Source: a virus
Taxonomy: Duplodnaviria > Caudoviricetes
Reading direction: 5' to 3' (one strand)
DNA length: 64,000 nucleotides
Virus record (IMG/VR): IMGVR_UViG_3300017909_004107
Coordinates: 32,001 to 96,000 of that record
Position numbers and translations under genes: made by a program. Each line of letters starts with the position of its first letter. Position 1 is the stretch's first letter. Of this stretch, positions 8,881 through 18,321 are shown one piece after another. Under the pieces are notes generated by a model that saw nothing but the letters and a program-made list of their open reading frames with translations, was not told the DNA's origin and ran no database searches.

Positions 8881-10827
8881 ATGGCACTGGAATCTCGTCT
8901 CAATAAGGTACATTTCTTTGGTCAAGATGGCAACATGCCATTTGTGGGTCAGGTGACAACTGATGCAGCTTGGCGAGAGTATCATGACCTGTATGGGTAT
9001 CGAGTCAAGGTAAGAATATTTGGTAAGCATCCTCCTTCAAGTGAATTACCTGATGAGAAATTACCATGGGCACATGTATCGGTGCCATGTACATTTGGTG
9101 CGGGTAAACATCATGCAGGCACTACATTATGCCTTCAAGGTGGAGAAACAGTTCATGGATATTTTGCTGACGGTGAGGATGGACAAATTCCTATAATATT
9201 AGGGGCATTTCAAACTGAATTTTCAATTAGAAATGAAACTGAATATCTATTAGCATCTAATAGTAGTTCAAAGTTTTATGAAATGTTTGCTAAACCAGAC
9301 TTGGAATGGTCCGCACTCAATCAAATTGGGGGTGTCAATCCTACTGAAACTAATGGCGTAAATATAGCGAAGAATGTAACTAAACAGAATGATATTGATG
9401 AAAAGAAAATAATCGTCAAAAAAGCAAAAAAATGTAAAGGTGGTAAAGGGTTTTTACATGAAGTCTCAAGATCTTTAGCATCATTCATCGAAGTTACAAA
9501 TGGATTGAATAAGTTTCAAGATACTTATATTGACCCTGTGATGGATGAAATTGCTGATGTAGCGGAACTTGCAAGAACTACTGCACAAGTCATTTCTGGA
9601 GCATATGCAACGGTTATTAGACTTGCAAGAAAGTATTTGTTTGATAAGATTCATAAGTTGGTAGAAAATCTTATGGGTTTTTTACAACTCGATAGTTTAT
9701 TGAAAGATATTGCTGTCAAGAAAGCAGTCGATTCAATATATTGTGTTATAGAAAATATTATTAAGAGTCTACAAAATGTTATAGAAGAATTTTTGATAGG
9801 ACTAATAGGTAAACTTGTACAAGCACCATTATGTGCTGCAGAGCAGTTTTTAGCAGGGTTGAATTCAAGATTCTTTAACGATATTGAAAAGAAGATAAGT
9901 GATGCAATGAATACTATATCAGGAATACTGGGTCCTATTGGGTCTTTTATGGGTTTTCTTGATAAAGCAATGAATTATGTTCAGATAGGTTTGAAGTTGC
10001 TATCTTGTGAAGATACAAAATGTCCTCCAGAACCATATGATTGGGCGTTGAACTTCGGTCCATCAAAACAACAAACACTCGATTTCAAAAAAACTATTGA
10101 TATATCATCTAAATTTGATGCAGTAGGTTTTGGAAAGTCAGTCAATGATGGAATAGAAAAATTCTTTGGATTAGATGAAAATGATCTTGAGAATGCAGAT
10201 AAAGTTGCAGCGATAGTCGGACCTTGCCCTATAGATAAGAAAGTATGTGGTGCACCTAAGATAGAAATATTTGGTGGTGGAGGAATAGGAGCAGTGGCAA
10301 ACGCTGTTGTGAATGAGTATGGGTCTATTGTGGGTGTTAATATGCAAGAACTTGGTTTTGGTTATACCTCAAAACCTTTTGTAAGTATCCTTGACAACTG
10401 TGGAGGCAATGGTGCTGAAGGTGAAGCAATTATTGAAAATGGTCAAGTCGTCAATATTATCATTAGAAGAGGTGGTGGAGGATATCAAATCCCAACAGAT
10501 ATTTCTGATAGTGATGGGATAAGTGTTGTTGGAGAAATAGAAGGTGTTGAGATAATAAACACAGGAAGAGATTATAAACCTGATGATATCATAACAAGTG
10601 AATGTGGACAACTTAAAATGGTGTTAGATAGTGATGGAAGAATAATTGATGCTAGAGTTATTTCTGCTCATAAAGGTTGTAAAGTGATTCCTGCTCTATC
10701 AATAAAAACAAAAACTGGTTATGGAGCACTTGTGAGACCCATTATGAGATATAGAAAGGTAGAAGATTATGATTCAACGATTCCTGCAGATGGAGTTATG
10801 GTTGTTGATTGTGTGAGTAGTTATTAA
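8881..10827 (+). CDS. gp5: Baseplate hub/central spike gp5 (N-terminal OB fold; no lysozyme motif seen)
   Basis: RVKVRIFGKHP...LPWAHV, GETVHGYFADGEDGQIPIILG. Confidence 0.85.
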   Translation: MALESRLNKVHFFGQDGNMPFVGQVTTDAAWREYHDLYGYRVKVRIFGKHPPSSELPDEKLPWAHVSVPCTFGAGKHHAGTTLCLQGGETVHGYFADGEDGQIPIILGAFQTEFSIRNETEYLLASNSSSKFYEMFAKPDLEWSALNQIGGVNPTETNGVNIAKNVTKQNDIDEKKIIVKKAKKCKGGKGFLHEVSRSLASFIEVTNGLNKFQDTYIDPVMDEIADVAELARTTAQVISGAYATVIRLARKYLFDKIHKLVENLMGFLQLDSLLKDIAVKKAVDSIYCVIENIIKSLQNVIEEFLIGLIGKLVQAPLCAAEQFLAGLNSRFFNDIEKKISDAMNTISGILGPIGSFMGFLDKAMNYVQIGLKLLSCEDTKCPPEPYDWALNFGPSKQQTLDFKKTIDISSKFDAVGFGKSVNDGIEKFFGLDENDLENADKVAAIVGPCPIDKKVCGAPKIEIFGGGGIGAVANAVVNEYGSIVGVNMQELGFGYTSKPFVSILDNCGGNGAEGEAIIENGQVVNIIIRRGGGGYQIPTDISDSDGISVVGEIEGVEIINTGRDYKPDDIITSECGQLKMVLDSDGRIIDARVISAHKGCKVIPALSIKTKTGYGALVRPIMRYRKVEDYDSTIPADGVMVVDCVSSY

Positions 10828-11414
10828 TGGAAAGAAAAACTCCCCCACTAGTCATAAACACACCCGAAGATGGATTTCTTAGAGTCGGATTGAATACTGA
10901 TGCTAAAACATCTCGTCCTGATCAAGTTCAATTAGCAGGAGGTTGTGGAGCGAGTCTTAGAATATTTGATGATGGTGGATGGGAACTCAGATCTGTAAAC
11001 AGATCAGGTAAACCAAATAAAAAAGGATGTAATATAATAGCACAGGGAGAAGGTGGATTACACATCTATTCAGATGGTGATGTTAATATAGATGCAAAAG
11101 GTGACTTCAATGTCTCTGCAAGAAATATTACAATGGAAACCACTGCAGATGATGGAGACTTTACTGTTTTTACTAAAAGAGATATAATGTTAGATGCAGA
11201 TAACAACTTCAAAGCATTTGGAACAAAAGTTGCTATTTCAGCAGCAGATGATTTGGTTACACACTCTAAAGGTTGGAACTTAATCGTGGGTAATCCAGTA
11301 TATGTTTATGAGAAGAAATCTAAACTTATACCAACTAGCACAAGTGATATTGTAAGCAGTATTCTTGATTCAGTTGATCTAAACGTTATTGGAGGAGGTT
11401 TTTATACTGATTAG
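10827..11414 (+). CDS. gp5 C-terminal/spike beta-helix-like protein
   Basis: Beta-strand repeats (HIYSDGDVNIDAKGDFNVSARNI); translationally coupled to gp5. Confidence 0.5.
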   Translation: MERKTPPLVINTPEDGFLRVGLNTDAKTSRPDQVQLAGGCGASLRIFDDGGWELRSVNRSGKPNKKGCNIIAQGEGGLHIYSDGDVNIDAKGDFNVSARNITMETTADDGDFTVFTKRDIMLDADNNFKAFGTKVAISAADDLVTHSKGWNLIVGNPVYVYEKKSKLIPTSTSDIVSSILDSVDLNVIGGGFYTD

Positions 11415-11417
11415 GTT

Positions 11418-11681
11418 ATGATTTTTTTCTCGATTATATTATCATTCTTTGCTAATCATCTACCAGTGATGTATGTTCAAGTGCCTCAGTGGGCAGATGA
11501 TTGGGCAGTGTGTGCTGTAGATATACCTGATGCCAAATGTCATTGGTATGTTATGGCACCTGATAACACATTTGGTGAGGGATTCGATTGGGAAGAAGCA
11601 CCATGGTTTGATGCAACAGGTCTAAATGATGTTGCACCAATGCAAAAAGAAACAGTTGTACAAAAACTACAGAAAAAATAA
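11418..11681 (+). CDS. Small Trp-rich protein with hydrophobic N-terminus
   Basis: 87 aa ORF, GGAGG upstream, signal-like MIFFSIILSFFA, one Cys pair. Confidence 0.6.
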   Translation: MIFFSIILSFFANHLPVMYVQVPQWADDWAVCAVDIPDAKCHWYVMAPDNTFGEGFDWEEAPWFDATGLNDVAPMQKETVVQKLQKK

Positions 11682-12481
11682 TGGAATCACCAGAAGTATC
11701 ATCGGGTAAAATCTATATCGGTCCATCTATACCGGCAAAACTCGATCGATCAATTACTACTAAGAATGGAGACAAACCTTATGATGGCACTCTAGCAGTC
11801 ACAGGACCTGCTTTTATAGGTGGACATTCACCTAGTGCTAAAGCTGTGCTAAATGTCGGGACAGATTTGGGAGATTTCAAACCCGCAATTGATGGTAGAG
11901 CATTAGATGTTGAGGGTGATGTCCATATTGTAGGACAGAAAGCAACGAATGCGGTTGTTATTCAAGGTGACTTATTTGTAAGTGGTGATATTGACGGTGG
12001 CAATAAAGGAAGACTTGCATCTAGATTTTCAACTGCTGATAGTTTACCATCAAAATCATTTGATATTCAACATCCAACAAAGGGAGAGGGATGGAGATTA
12101 CGCTACGTTTCGTTAGAAGGACCAGAATCTGCTGTTTACTATCGTGGTAGATTGACAGGATCAAATACGATTGAATTGCCATCCTACTGGAAAGATCTGG
12201 TTCATGAAGATAGTATTACGGTATCAATACAATCTATTGGATCTACTCAAAAAATTATCGTTATGGAATTTGACAATGAAAAAATAATTTTATCAGGTAA
12301 CACTGATTGTTTTTTTCATGTTTATGGTGAAAGAAAGGATGTGAATCCACTATTGACAGAGTATGAAGGTAATTGGAGATATGATTATCCGGATCCAAAC
12401 TTCAATCAAAATACTGATTTAGACCTTCGTAATTACAAAGATCCTAATTATGAATTCCCTAGAAACACTATTACAAAGTAG
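11681..12481 (+). CDS. Virion/tail-associated protein with C-terminal chaperone-like domain
   Basis: KSFDIQHP...LRYVSLEGPESAVYYRG...IELPSYWKDLV motif common in marine phage tail proteins. Confidence 0.55.
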   Translation: MESPEVSSGKIYIGPSIPAKLDRSITTKNGDKPYDGTLAVTGPAFIGGHSPSAKAVLNVGTDLGDFKPAIDGRALDVEGDVHIVGQKATNAVVIQGDLFVSGDIDGGNKGRLASRFSTADSLPSKSFDIQHPTKGEGWRLRYVSLEGPESAVYYRGRLTGSNTIELPSYWKDLVHEDSITVSIQSIGSTQKIIVMEFDNEKIILSGNTDCFFHVYGERKDVNPLLTEYEGNWRYDYPDPNFNQNTDLDLRNYKDPNYEFPRNTITK

Positions 12482-12503
12482 ATAAATAAAAAGAAAATTC
12501 ATT

Positions 12504-12773
12504 ATGCATTGTTATACTACTAGTGGAAAAGTCCACACTGATGGAATCATCGAATTACCCGAAAATTGGCAGGGTAATATCAAACCAGAAACAATATCTG
12601 TACAATTGACTCCCATAGGGACATTTCAGGAATTATTTGTAAAAGAGATACAGTGGGGGATGAAAGTTATTATAAGAAGCGGTGGAGGTGGTTCATTGAA
12701 TGCTTATTATACTGTAACTGCAGATCCTATAAAAGTTGAAGAGGCACCGGAACCACTAAAGTTGATTGCATGA
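12504..12773 (+). CDS. Stand-alone paralogue of the C-terminal domain of the preceding protein
   Basis: IELPENWQGNIKPETISVQLTPIG aligns with IELPSYWKDLVHEDSITVSIQSIG. Confidence 0.6.
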   Translation: MHCYTTSGKVHTDGIIELPENWQGNIKPETISVQLTPIGTFQELFVKEIQWGMKVIIRSGGGGSLNAYYTVTADPIKVEEAPEPLKLIA

Positions 12774-12774
12774 T

Positions 12775-12933
12775 ATGCATGGCAAAATAATATGCCCTGT
12801 ATGTGGACATTTATGTAATAGTAGAATTGAATTTGGTTCTCATATAAGGCGTTGTCAAGCAGTGACAGGCGAGAGAAATTTCAAATTCAATCGAAAAAAG
12901 AACTCAAAAAAGAAAAAGAAAAGATCACGCTAG
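12775..12933 (+). CDS. 52 aa C2HC zinc-finger microprotein with basic tail (not in ORF track)
   Basis: Own translation MHGKIICPVCGHLCNSRIEFGSHIRRCQAVTGERNFKFNRKKNSKKKKKRSR; starts 1 nt after the previous stop and fills most of the gap. Confidence 0.6.
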   Translation: MHGKIICPVCGHLCNSRIEFGSHIRRCQAVTGERNFKFNRKKNSKKKKKRSR

Positions 12934-12952
12934 ATCCCACATATAACTGAAG

Positions 12953-12960
12953 TATAAATA
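12953..12960 (+). promoter_or_regulatory. T4-type late promoter TATAAATA
   Basis: Exact gp55 consensus ~30 nt upstream of the 1766 aa structural gene. Confidence 0.8.
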
Positions 12961-12991
12961 GGTTGAAGGAGATAGTAGTGTATTTATAGGT

Positions 12992-15900
12992 ATGCCGTTA
13001 AGCAGACTCGAAAATTTTCTCAAGAATGTCACAGGTAATGTAATTTACGTTAATCCTGAAGAACTTGATGCAACAGATGATATTAGTAATAGAGGGAATA
13101 GTCGAGCGAGACCTTTTAAAACTATTCAACGTGCATTAATTGAGGCAGCGAGATTTTCATATCAAGTAGGAGATAACAACGATAAGTTTGATAAAACAAC
13201 AGTTTTAGTATCATCGGGTATCCATTATATTGATAACAGACCCGGATTACAAATCAACACTTCAGGTTCACTCACTGATGTAAATGGCACTGCAGCAACA
13301 ATTGATCAATTATCGATTGGAAGTAATTTTGATATTCAAGATCCTAATAATGTATTATACAAGTTTAACAGTGTCAGTGGTGGTGTCATAGTACCTCGTG
13401 GTACTTCATTAGTGGGATCAGATCTTAGAAAGACAAAGATAAAACCGAAGTTTGTTCCACAACCTGATAATGGCAACATTGATTCTGCAGCGATATTCAA
13501 AGTAACAGGTGCATGTTTTTTCTATGGATTTAGTTTCTTTGACGCTGATCCAAATGATAGAATTTTTAGAGATTATACAACAAATGTATATGTTCCGAAC
13601 TATTCTCATCACAAACTAACATGTTTTGAGTACGCTGATGGCGTGAATACTATTGCAGGTAAGGGTAACACCGACCTTGACATGTATTATTATAAGTTGA
13701 CACTTGCTTATGGTACTAACAGTGGTCGTGCTGTACCAGTATATCCTACAAATACAGATTTTGAGAAGTCAGTCGATGAAACTCGTATTGTAGGTGCTAT
13801 ATCACAGGTAGGAACTATTTCTATCAATGACATATATTCTGGTGCAAATCCAACAGATTCAACAGCAACACCTATTGTTACTGTTATCACAGCAACTAAT
13901 CATAATTTTGAAGTAGGAACACCAATATTAATAAATGGCGTTGATGATTCAAACTATGATGGAAGTTATATTGTATCTCAGATTCTTAGTGATACTTCTT
14001 TTACCTATGCTGTTCCTACAACACCTTCTAGCACAGCAACACCAAACTTATCTGGAAAGAATGCAGTTGTAAAAATTGAAAGTGATACTGTTTCATCTGC
14101 ATCACCATACATTTTCAACGTTTCTATAAGATCTGTATTCGGTATATGTGGTCTAAACGCTGATGGAAGTAAAGCAACTGGATTCAAGTCCATGGTTGTA
14201 GCACAGTTCACTGGTATTGCACTCAATAAAGATGATAATGCTTATGTCAAATATAATACTGCAACAGGTGTATGGCAAGATCAAGCAGCACTCGGATCTT
14301 CGGTAAGTTTACACACAGATAGTCTTGCTAAACATAAACCATCTTACGAAAACTATCATGTAAGAGTAAGTAATAATGGTATAATTCAGGCAGTATCAGT
14401 ATTCGCTATCGGTTATGCTAAACATTTCCATGCCACTACTGGTGGTGATATGTCAATCACCAACTCTAACTCTAACTTTGGTGCTAAGTCATTAGAAGCA
14501 GATAAGTTTAGATTTGAAGCATTTCTTAAAGATGATAAGGGATTTATAAGAGAGATCAATCCTCCACAACATAACTTTGCAAAAGAGACCTCAGTAGGAT
14601 TCTTACCATTAGATGTAGACGCAACCGTAGGTGTATCAACAGATATCAAGGTTTACCTCGATGGGTTCAAAAATAAAGATAATAAACCAAATGTAGAACT
14701 AAATGGATTTAAAGTTGGTGCAAAGGTTGGAGATCAACTCAACGTAAGTATTGGTAATACCGTATTTGGAGCAGAGATTGTTATGCCTGTTCCTCAGACT
14801 GACCCCGATGAAAGAGTGTCAGGTCAGAAAGAAATATTTGTTGGTAGAGTTTCAGGTATCAATAGTATAACTGGAAATACATTTACATTACAATCGGATC
14901 ATAAATTTATAACTGGTGAGACCGTTAGAGTTTACTCTGAAAATGGATCACTACCAGATGGATTAGAATATAATAGAGTTTATCATGCTATTACAGCATC
15001 ACTCAATACAGATCAAATTCAATTGGCATCATCTTTGAATAATGCCGTTGCTGGTAATGAGATCACAGGCATCAATAATTCAGGTGGTATACTTCGTATA
15101 GTATCAAAAGTATCAGATAAAGAAGCAGGAGATGTGGGACATCCCATACAATTTGATTCTTCAGGATGGCATGTAAATGTTGGTGTGGGTAATACTTTAT
15201 CCAGTGCTATAACAGCAAACCAGAGTGCTATTACACCAAAGACTAGAACCTCGTTCATAAAGAGAACGCTGGATAGGCGTGAAGAATCAGAGAAGAATTA
15301 TGGATTGAAGTATGTCATATCCCAAGATTCTAATCTTGCAGCACCACCGATAGCAGGTTTTAGTATTGCAGAAACATCTACAGTTCCTGATGACACCAAT
15401 TACCAGAATGATAACAATGTTCTTACATCATCTTCAAATCTAAGACAACAAAATCATATTATCAATGCGTCTTGGGGTGGTAATGTAGGTATTATAACTG
15501 CAGAACAACCTCATGGTTTGAAGGTGGGTCATATTGTACAGGTTTATAGAGTTAGAAGTTCATCTAATACGTCTGGAACTGATGATAGTGGATTCAATGG
15601 TATATTTGAAGTATCTGCAATCCCAAATGATACAACATTTAGAGTAGGGTTGAATACAAACCCCGGTGGAATCACAACAATCAGTACAGGAACACCTTAT
15701 ACATTTCATGATAGGACTATAGTTGGTTCAGGTAGAACTTTCAGTCCTTATTTTGTAAAACGTGATTTTAATGCTAGTTACCAGATACATTCCATAGATG
15801 AGATTCAAGAATACAAGCAGGGTGTACAAGATGGTGAATATGATCTAACATTACGTGGATATATCTCACAACCAGAAGTTTCTCCATTTTCTACAACCAC

Positions 15901-18292
15901 TAACTACTTTGGACAGGATATTTCTGATATTGTACAATTAGAAGATGTCGATAACAGAAACTATGATCCAAAAGCAGCAGTAAGTTATGCTGTGCGAGAT
16001 GAGATTGGTAAAGTAGAAACTAATGATCCTGAAAGAAGTATTACCAAAGAAAATCTAAATTCATTCCTGAGAGACACAGGTGTTGTAAAGAGTATTGATA
16101 CTACAGCAACCAGTTCGGGAACTCTTACTATAAACACTGTAGTCGATCATGGATTCAACGGTATTGTAGGAATACAAAGTATTACAGGTGGTACTCAATA
16201 TGGTACTAACAGTGGTAATGCTGAATTCTACTTCAATGTAAGACTTGAAGGTGGTACAGGTGAGGGTGCAACTGCTGATGTGACTGTATCTGCTGCAAGC
16301 GTAATAAGTGGTGTTGAAATATCTAATCCCGGTTCAGGTTATAAAGTAAATGATACTCTTACTGTAAAGGGAGTTCCCTTCCATACTCCCGGAACAGATT
16401 GCACTGTCGGAGTTTCAGCGATAGACAATAAAGTCGGTGATGTAGTTGAGATAGTGGGTGTATCGAGTGAATCATACGACGGATTATACAGAATCAAGGA
16501 AGTTACAGATAAAAATACTTTCACAGTCAACGGAACTGCTGATAGTTCAGGAACTGGAGGACACGTTTATCACGTTGGTATCTCTACGAATGTTGTTAAT
16601 ATAAACCATGATGCGATGAGTGGTATCGCCACAGTATTTTTGAGTGGAGATCTTGGACTTAGGAGAGGTGATCAAATCGTTATTGCTGGTGCCACTGACT
16701 TTGCATCAATCTATAATGGAACTCACTTTATTACAGATAGAGTAGGTTATGGTACTTCTTTATCAGTCAATATTGGTATAACTTCAAACGCACCTGCTTT
16801 CACTGGTGTAGCGACAGCCCACGGGACAGGTATTTCAATAAGAGGTCATGGAAGAGGTATACCATTATACGGTGGTCATACTACCAAAATCAATAATGAT
16901 CTTACTTCTACATCCACAGGTGTGACTCTTGCTAATAAGGGTAACTTGAGAAGAGGAGACTTCTTGATCATAGAGGATGAAATCGTGATGGTTTCAAACA
17001 CTGCGGTCACAACTGTAATTAGAGGTGTGCTTGGCACAAATGCAGTAGCACATGAAAAGGAAGTATCGGTAAGAAAGATCAAACCAATACCCACAGAAAA
17101 TAGAAGATATTCTATATTGAGAGCATCAGGACATACATTTGAGTATGTTGGATTCGGACCCGGAAATTACTCTACTGCAATGCCACAGGTACAAGATAGA
17201 GTAAGATCTGAAGAAGAGGAGTTGATCGCTCAATCATTACAAACAAGAGGTGGTTTCGTAGTCTACACTGGTATGAATGATGCCGGTGACTTCTATATCG
17301 GTAATATTAAGATTGAAGCAGGGTCAAATTCACTGAAAGTTCTTAATGGTGCAAGAGCAAGCAATAACGAAGTAGGACTCCCTGCAGATGCAACATTCGA
17401 TAACTTAGTTGCAGATGTTTCTTTCCAATCTAATGGAGATACAGAAGTCATTGATCTTCTTCTTAAAGGTAATCGTTCTGGAGATATTGGACAGAGTGTT
17501 TATGTTGGTATACAGGCAGGTAGTACCACTCCAACAAGTAATATTGATAATATTCTATTCAAGACATCATTTGATTCTGGTGGATATGTTGGATGGATAA
17601 AGACTGGTTCCAGTTGGAAACGTTTCGGACCGATTTCAAAATCAGGAGAGACACAATCGTATGAATTTGACAATCTTACAGTCACAGGTGTTTCAACGTA
17701 CTCAGGTGATGTAAACACAAATAAAATAAATGCAAGTGACACAGTTACCGCTACTGATTTCGTCGGTAATGGAACTATACCTATCGGTGGTATTATAATG
17801 TGGTCAGGTGCTGATAACGCTGTACCATCAAACTGGGCTCTCTGTAATGGAAGTAATGGTACACCTAACTTAGTTGACAGATTTATTGTTGGTCGTGGAT
17901 CTGCATATGCACAAGGTGCAACAGGTGGATCTGCCAATGCTACATTAGTAGAGCACAGTCATACAATAAACAATCACACTCACTCTGTTTCTGGCACAAC
18001 AAGTAATAAATCTCTAACTGGTAGTGTTGAGAGAATTGCTGAGACAATGGGTGCCTTTGGTACTACATCTGGTGTGTTTTCAAATACATCTAATATTAAT
18101 ACTCCTACCACTCCAAGTGCAACTGACTCTAGCCCTGCTGGTGGTTTTAGTATGGATGCTTCACACGATCACACTTTCTCTGCTACTTCTGGTAATCCAA
18201 GTGATACTGGAACTAATGCTCAAGGTTCATCAGCAACTAATGCTAATTTACCTCCATATTATGCAATCGCTTATATCATGCGAATTAGTTGA
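12992..18292 (+). CDS. Large tail/baseplate fibre structural protein with C-terminal tail-collar domain
   Basis: MPLSRLENFLKN...RPFKTIQRALIEAARFS N-terminus typical of cyanophage virion proteins; PIGGIIMWSG..WALCNGSNGTPNLVDRFIVG collar motif and HxH motifs. Confidence 0.8.
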   Translation: MPLSRLENFLKNVTGNVIYVNPEELDATDDISNRGNSRARPFKTIQRALIEAARFSYQVGDNNDKFDKTTVLVSSGIHYIDNRPGLQINTSGSLTDVNGTAATIDQLSIGSNFDIQDPNNVLYKFNSVSGGVIVPRGTSLVGSDLRKTKIKPKFVPQPDNGNIDSAAIFKVTGACFFYGFSFFDADPNDRIFRDYTTNVYVPNYSHHKLTCFEYADGVNTIAGKGNTDLDMYYYKLTLAYGTNSGRAVPVYPTNTDFEKSVDETRIVGAISQVGTISINDIYSGANPTDSTATPIVTVITATNHNFEVGTPILINGVDDSNYDGSYIVSQILSDTSFTYAVPTTPSSTATPNLSGKNAVVKIESDTVSSASPYIFNVSIRSVFGICGLNADGSKATGFKSMVVAQFTGIALNKDDNAYVKYNTATGVWQDQAALGSSVSLHTDSLAKHKPSYENYHVRVSNNGIIQAVSVFAIGYAKHFHATTGGDMSITNSNSNFGAKSLEADKFRFEAFLKDDKGFIREINPPQHNFAKETSVGFLPLDVDATVGVSTDIKVYLDGFKNKDNKPNVELNGFKVGAKVGDQLNVSIGNTVFGAEIVMPVPQTDPDERVSGQKEIFVGRVSGINSITGNTFTLQSDHKFITGETVRVYSENGSLPDGLEYNRVYHAITASLNTDQIQLASSLNNAVAGNEITGINNSGGILRIVSKVSDKEAGDVGHPIQFDSSGWHVNVGVGNTLSSAITANQSAITPKTRTSFIKRTLDRREESEKNYGLKYVISQDSNLAAPPIAGFSIAETSTVPDDTNYQNDNNVLTSSSNLRQQNHIINASWGGNVGIITAEQPHGLKVGHIVQVYRVRSSSNTSGTDDSGFNGIFEVSAIPNDTTFRVGLNTNPGGITTISTGTPYTFHDRTIVGSGRTFSPYFVKRDFNASYQIHSIDEIQEYKQGVQDGEYDLTLRGYISQPEVSPFSTTTNYFGQDISDIVQLEDVDNRNYDPKAAVSYAVRDEIGKVETNDPERSITKENLNSFLRDTGVVKSIDTTATSSGTLTINTVVDHGFNGIVGIQSITGGTQYGTNSGNAEFYFNVRLEGGTGEGATADVTVSAASVISGVEISNPGSGYKVNDTLTVKGVPFHTPGTDCTVGVSAIDNKVGDVVEIVGVSSESYDGLYRIKEVTDKNTFTVNGTADSSGTGGHVYHVGISTNVVNINHDAMSGIATVFLSGDLGLRRGDQIVIAGATDFASIYNGTHFITDRVGYGTSLSVNIGITSNAPAFTGVATAHGTGISIRGHGRGIPLYGGHTTKINNDLTSTSTGVTLANKGNLRRGDFLIIEDEIVMVSNTAVTTVIRGVLGTNAVAHEKEVSVRKIKPIPTENRRYSILRASGHTFEYVGFGPGNYSTAMPQVQDRVRSEEEELIAQSLQTRGGFVVYTGMNDAGDFYIGNIKIEAGSNSLKVLNGARASNNEVGLPADATFDNLVADVSFQSNGDTEVIDLLLKGNRSGDIGQSVYVGIQAGSTTPTSNIDNILFKTSFDSGGYVGWIKTGSSWKRFGPISKSGETQSYEFDNLTVTGVSTYSGDVNTNKINASDTVTATDFVGNGTIPIGGIIMWSGADNAVPSNWALCNGSNGTPNLVDRFIVGRGSAYAQGATGGSANATLVEHSHTINNHTHSVSGTTSNKSLTGSVERIAETMGAFGTTSGVFSNTSNINTPTTPSATDSSPAGGFSMDASHDHTFSATSGNPSDTGTNAQGSSATNANLPPYYAIAYIMRIS

Positions 18293-18321
18293 TAAATACA
18301 CATACGGAGAATACTGCATAA

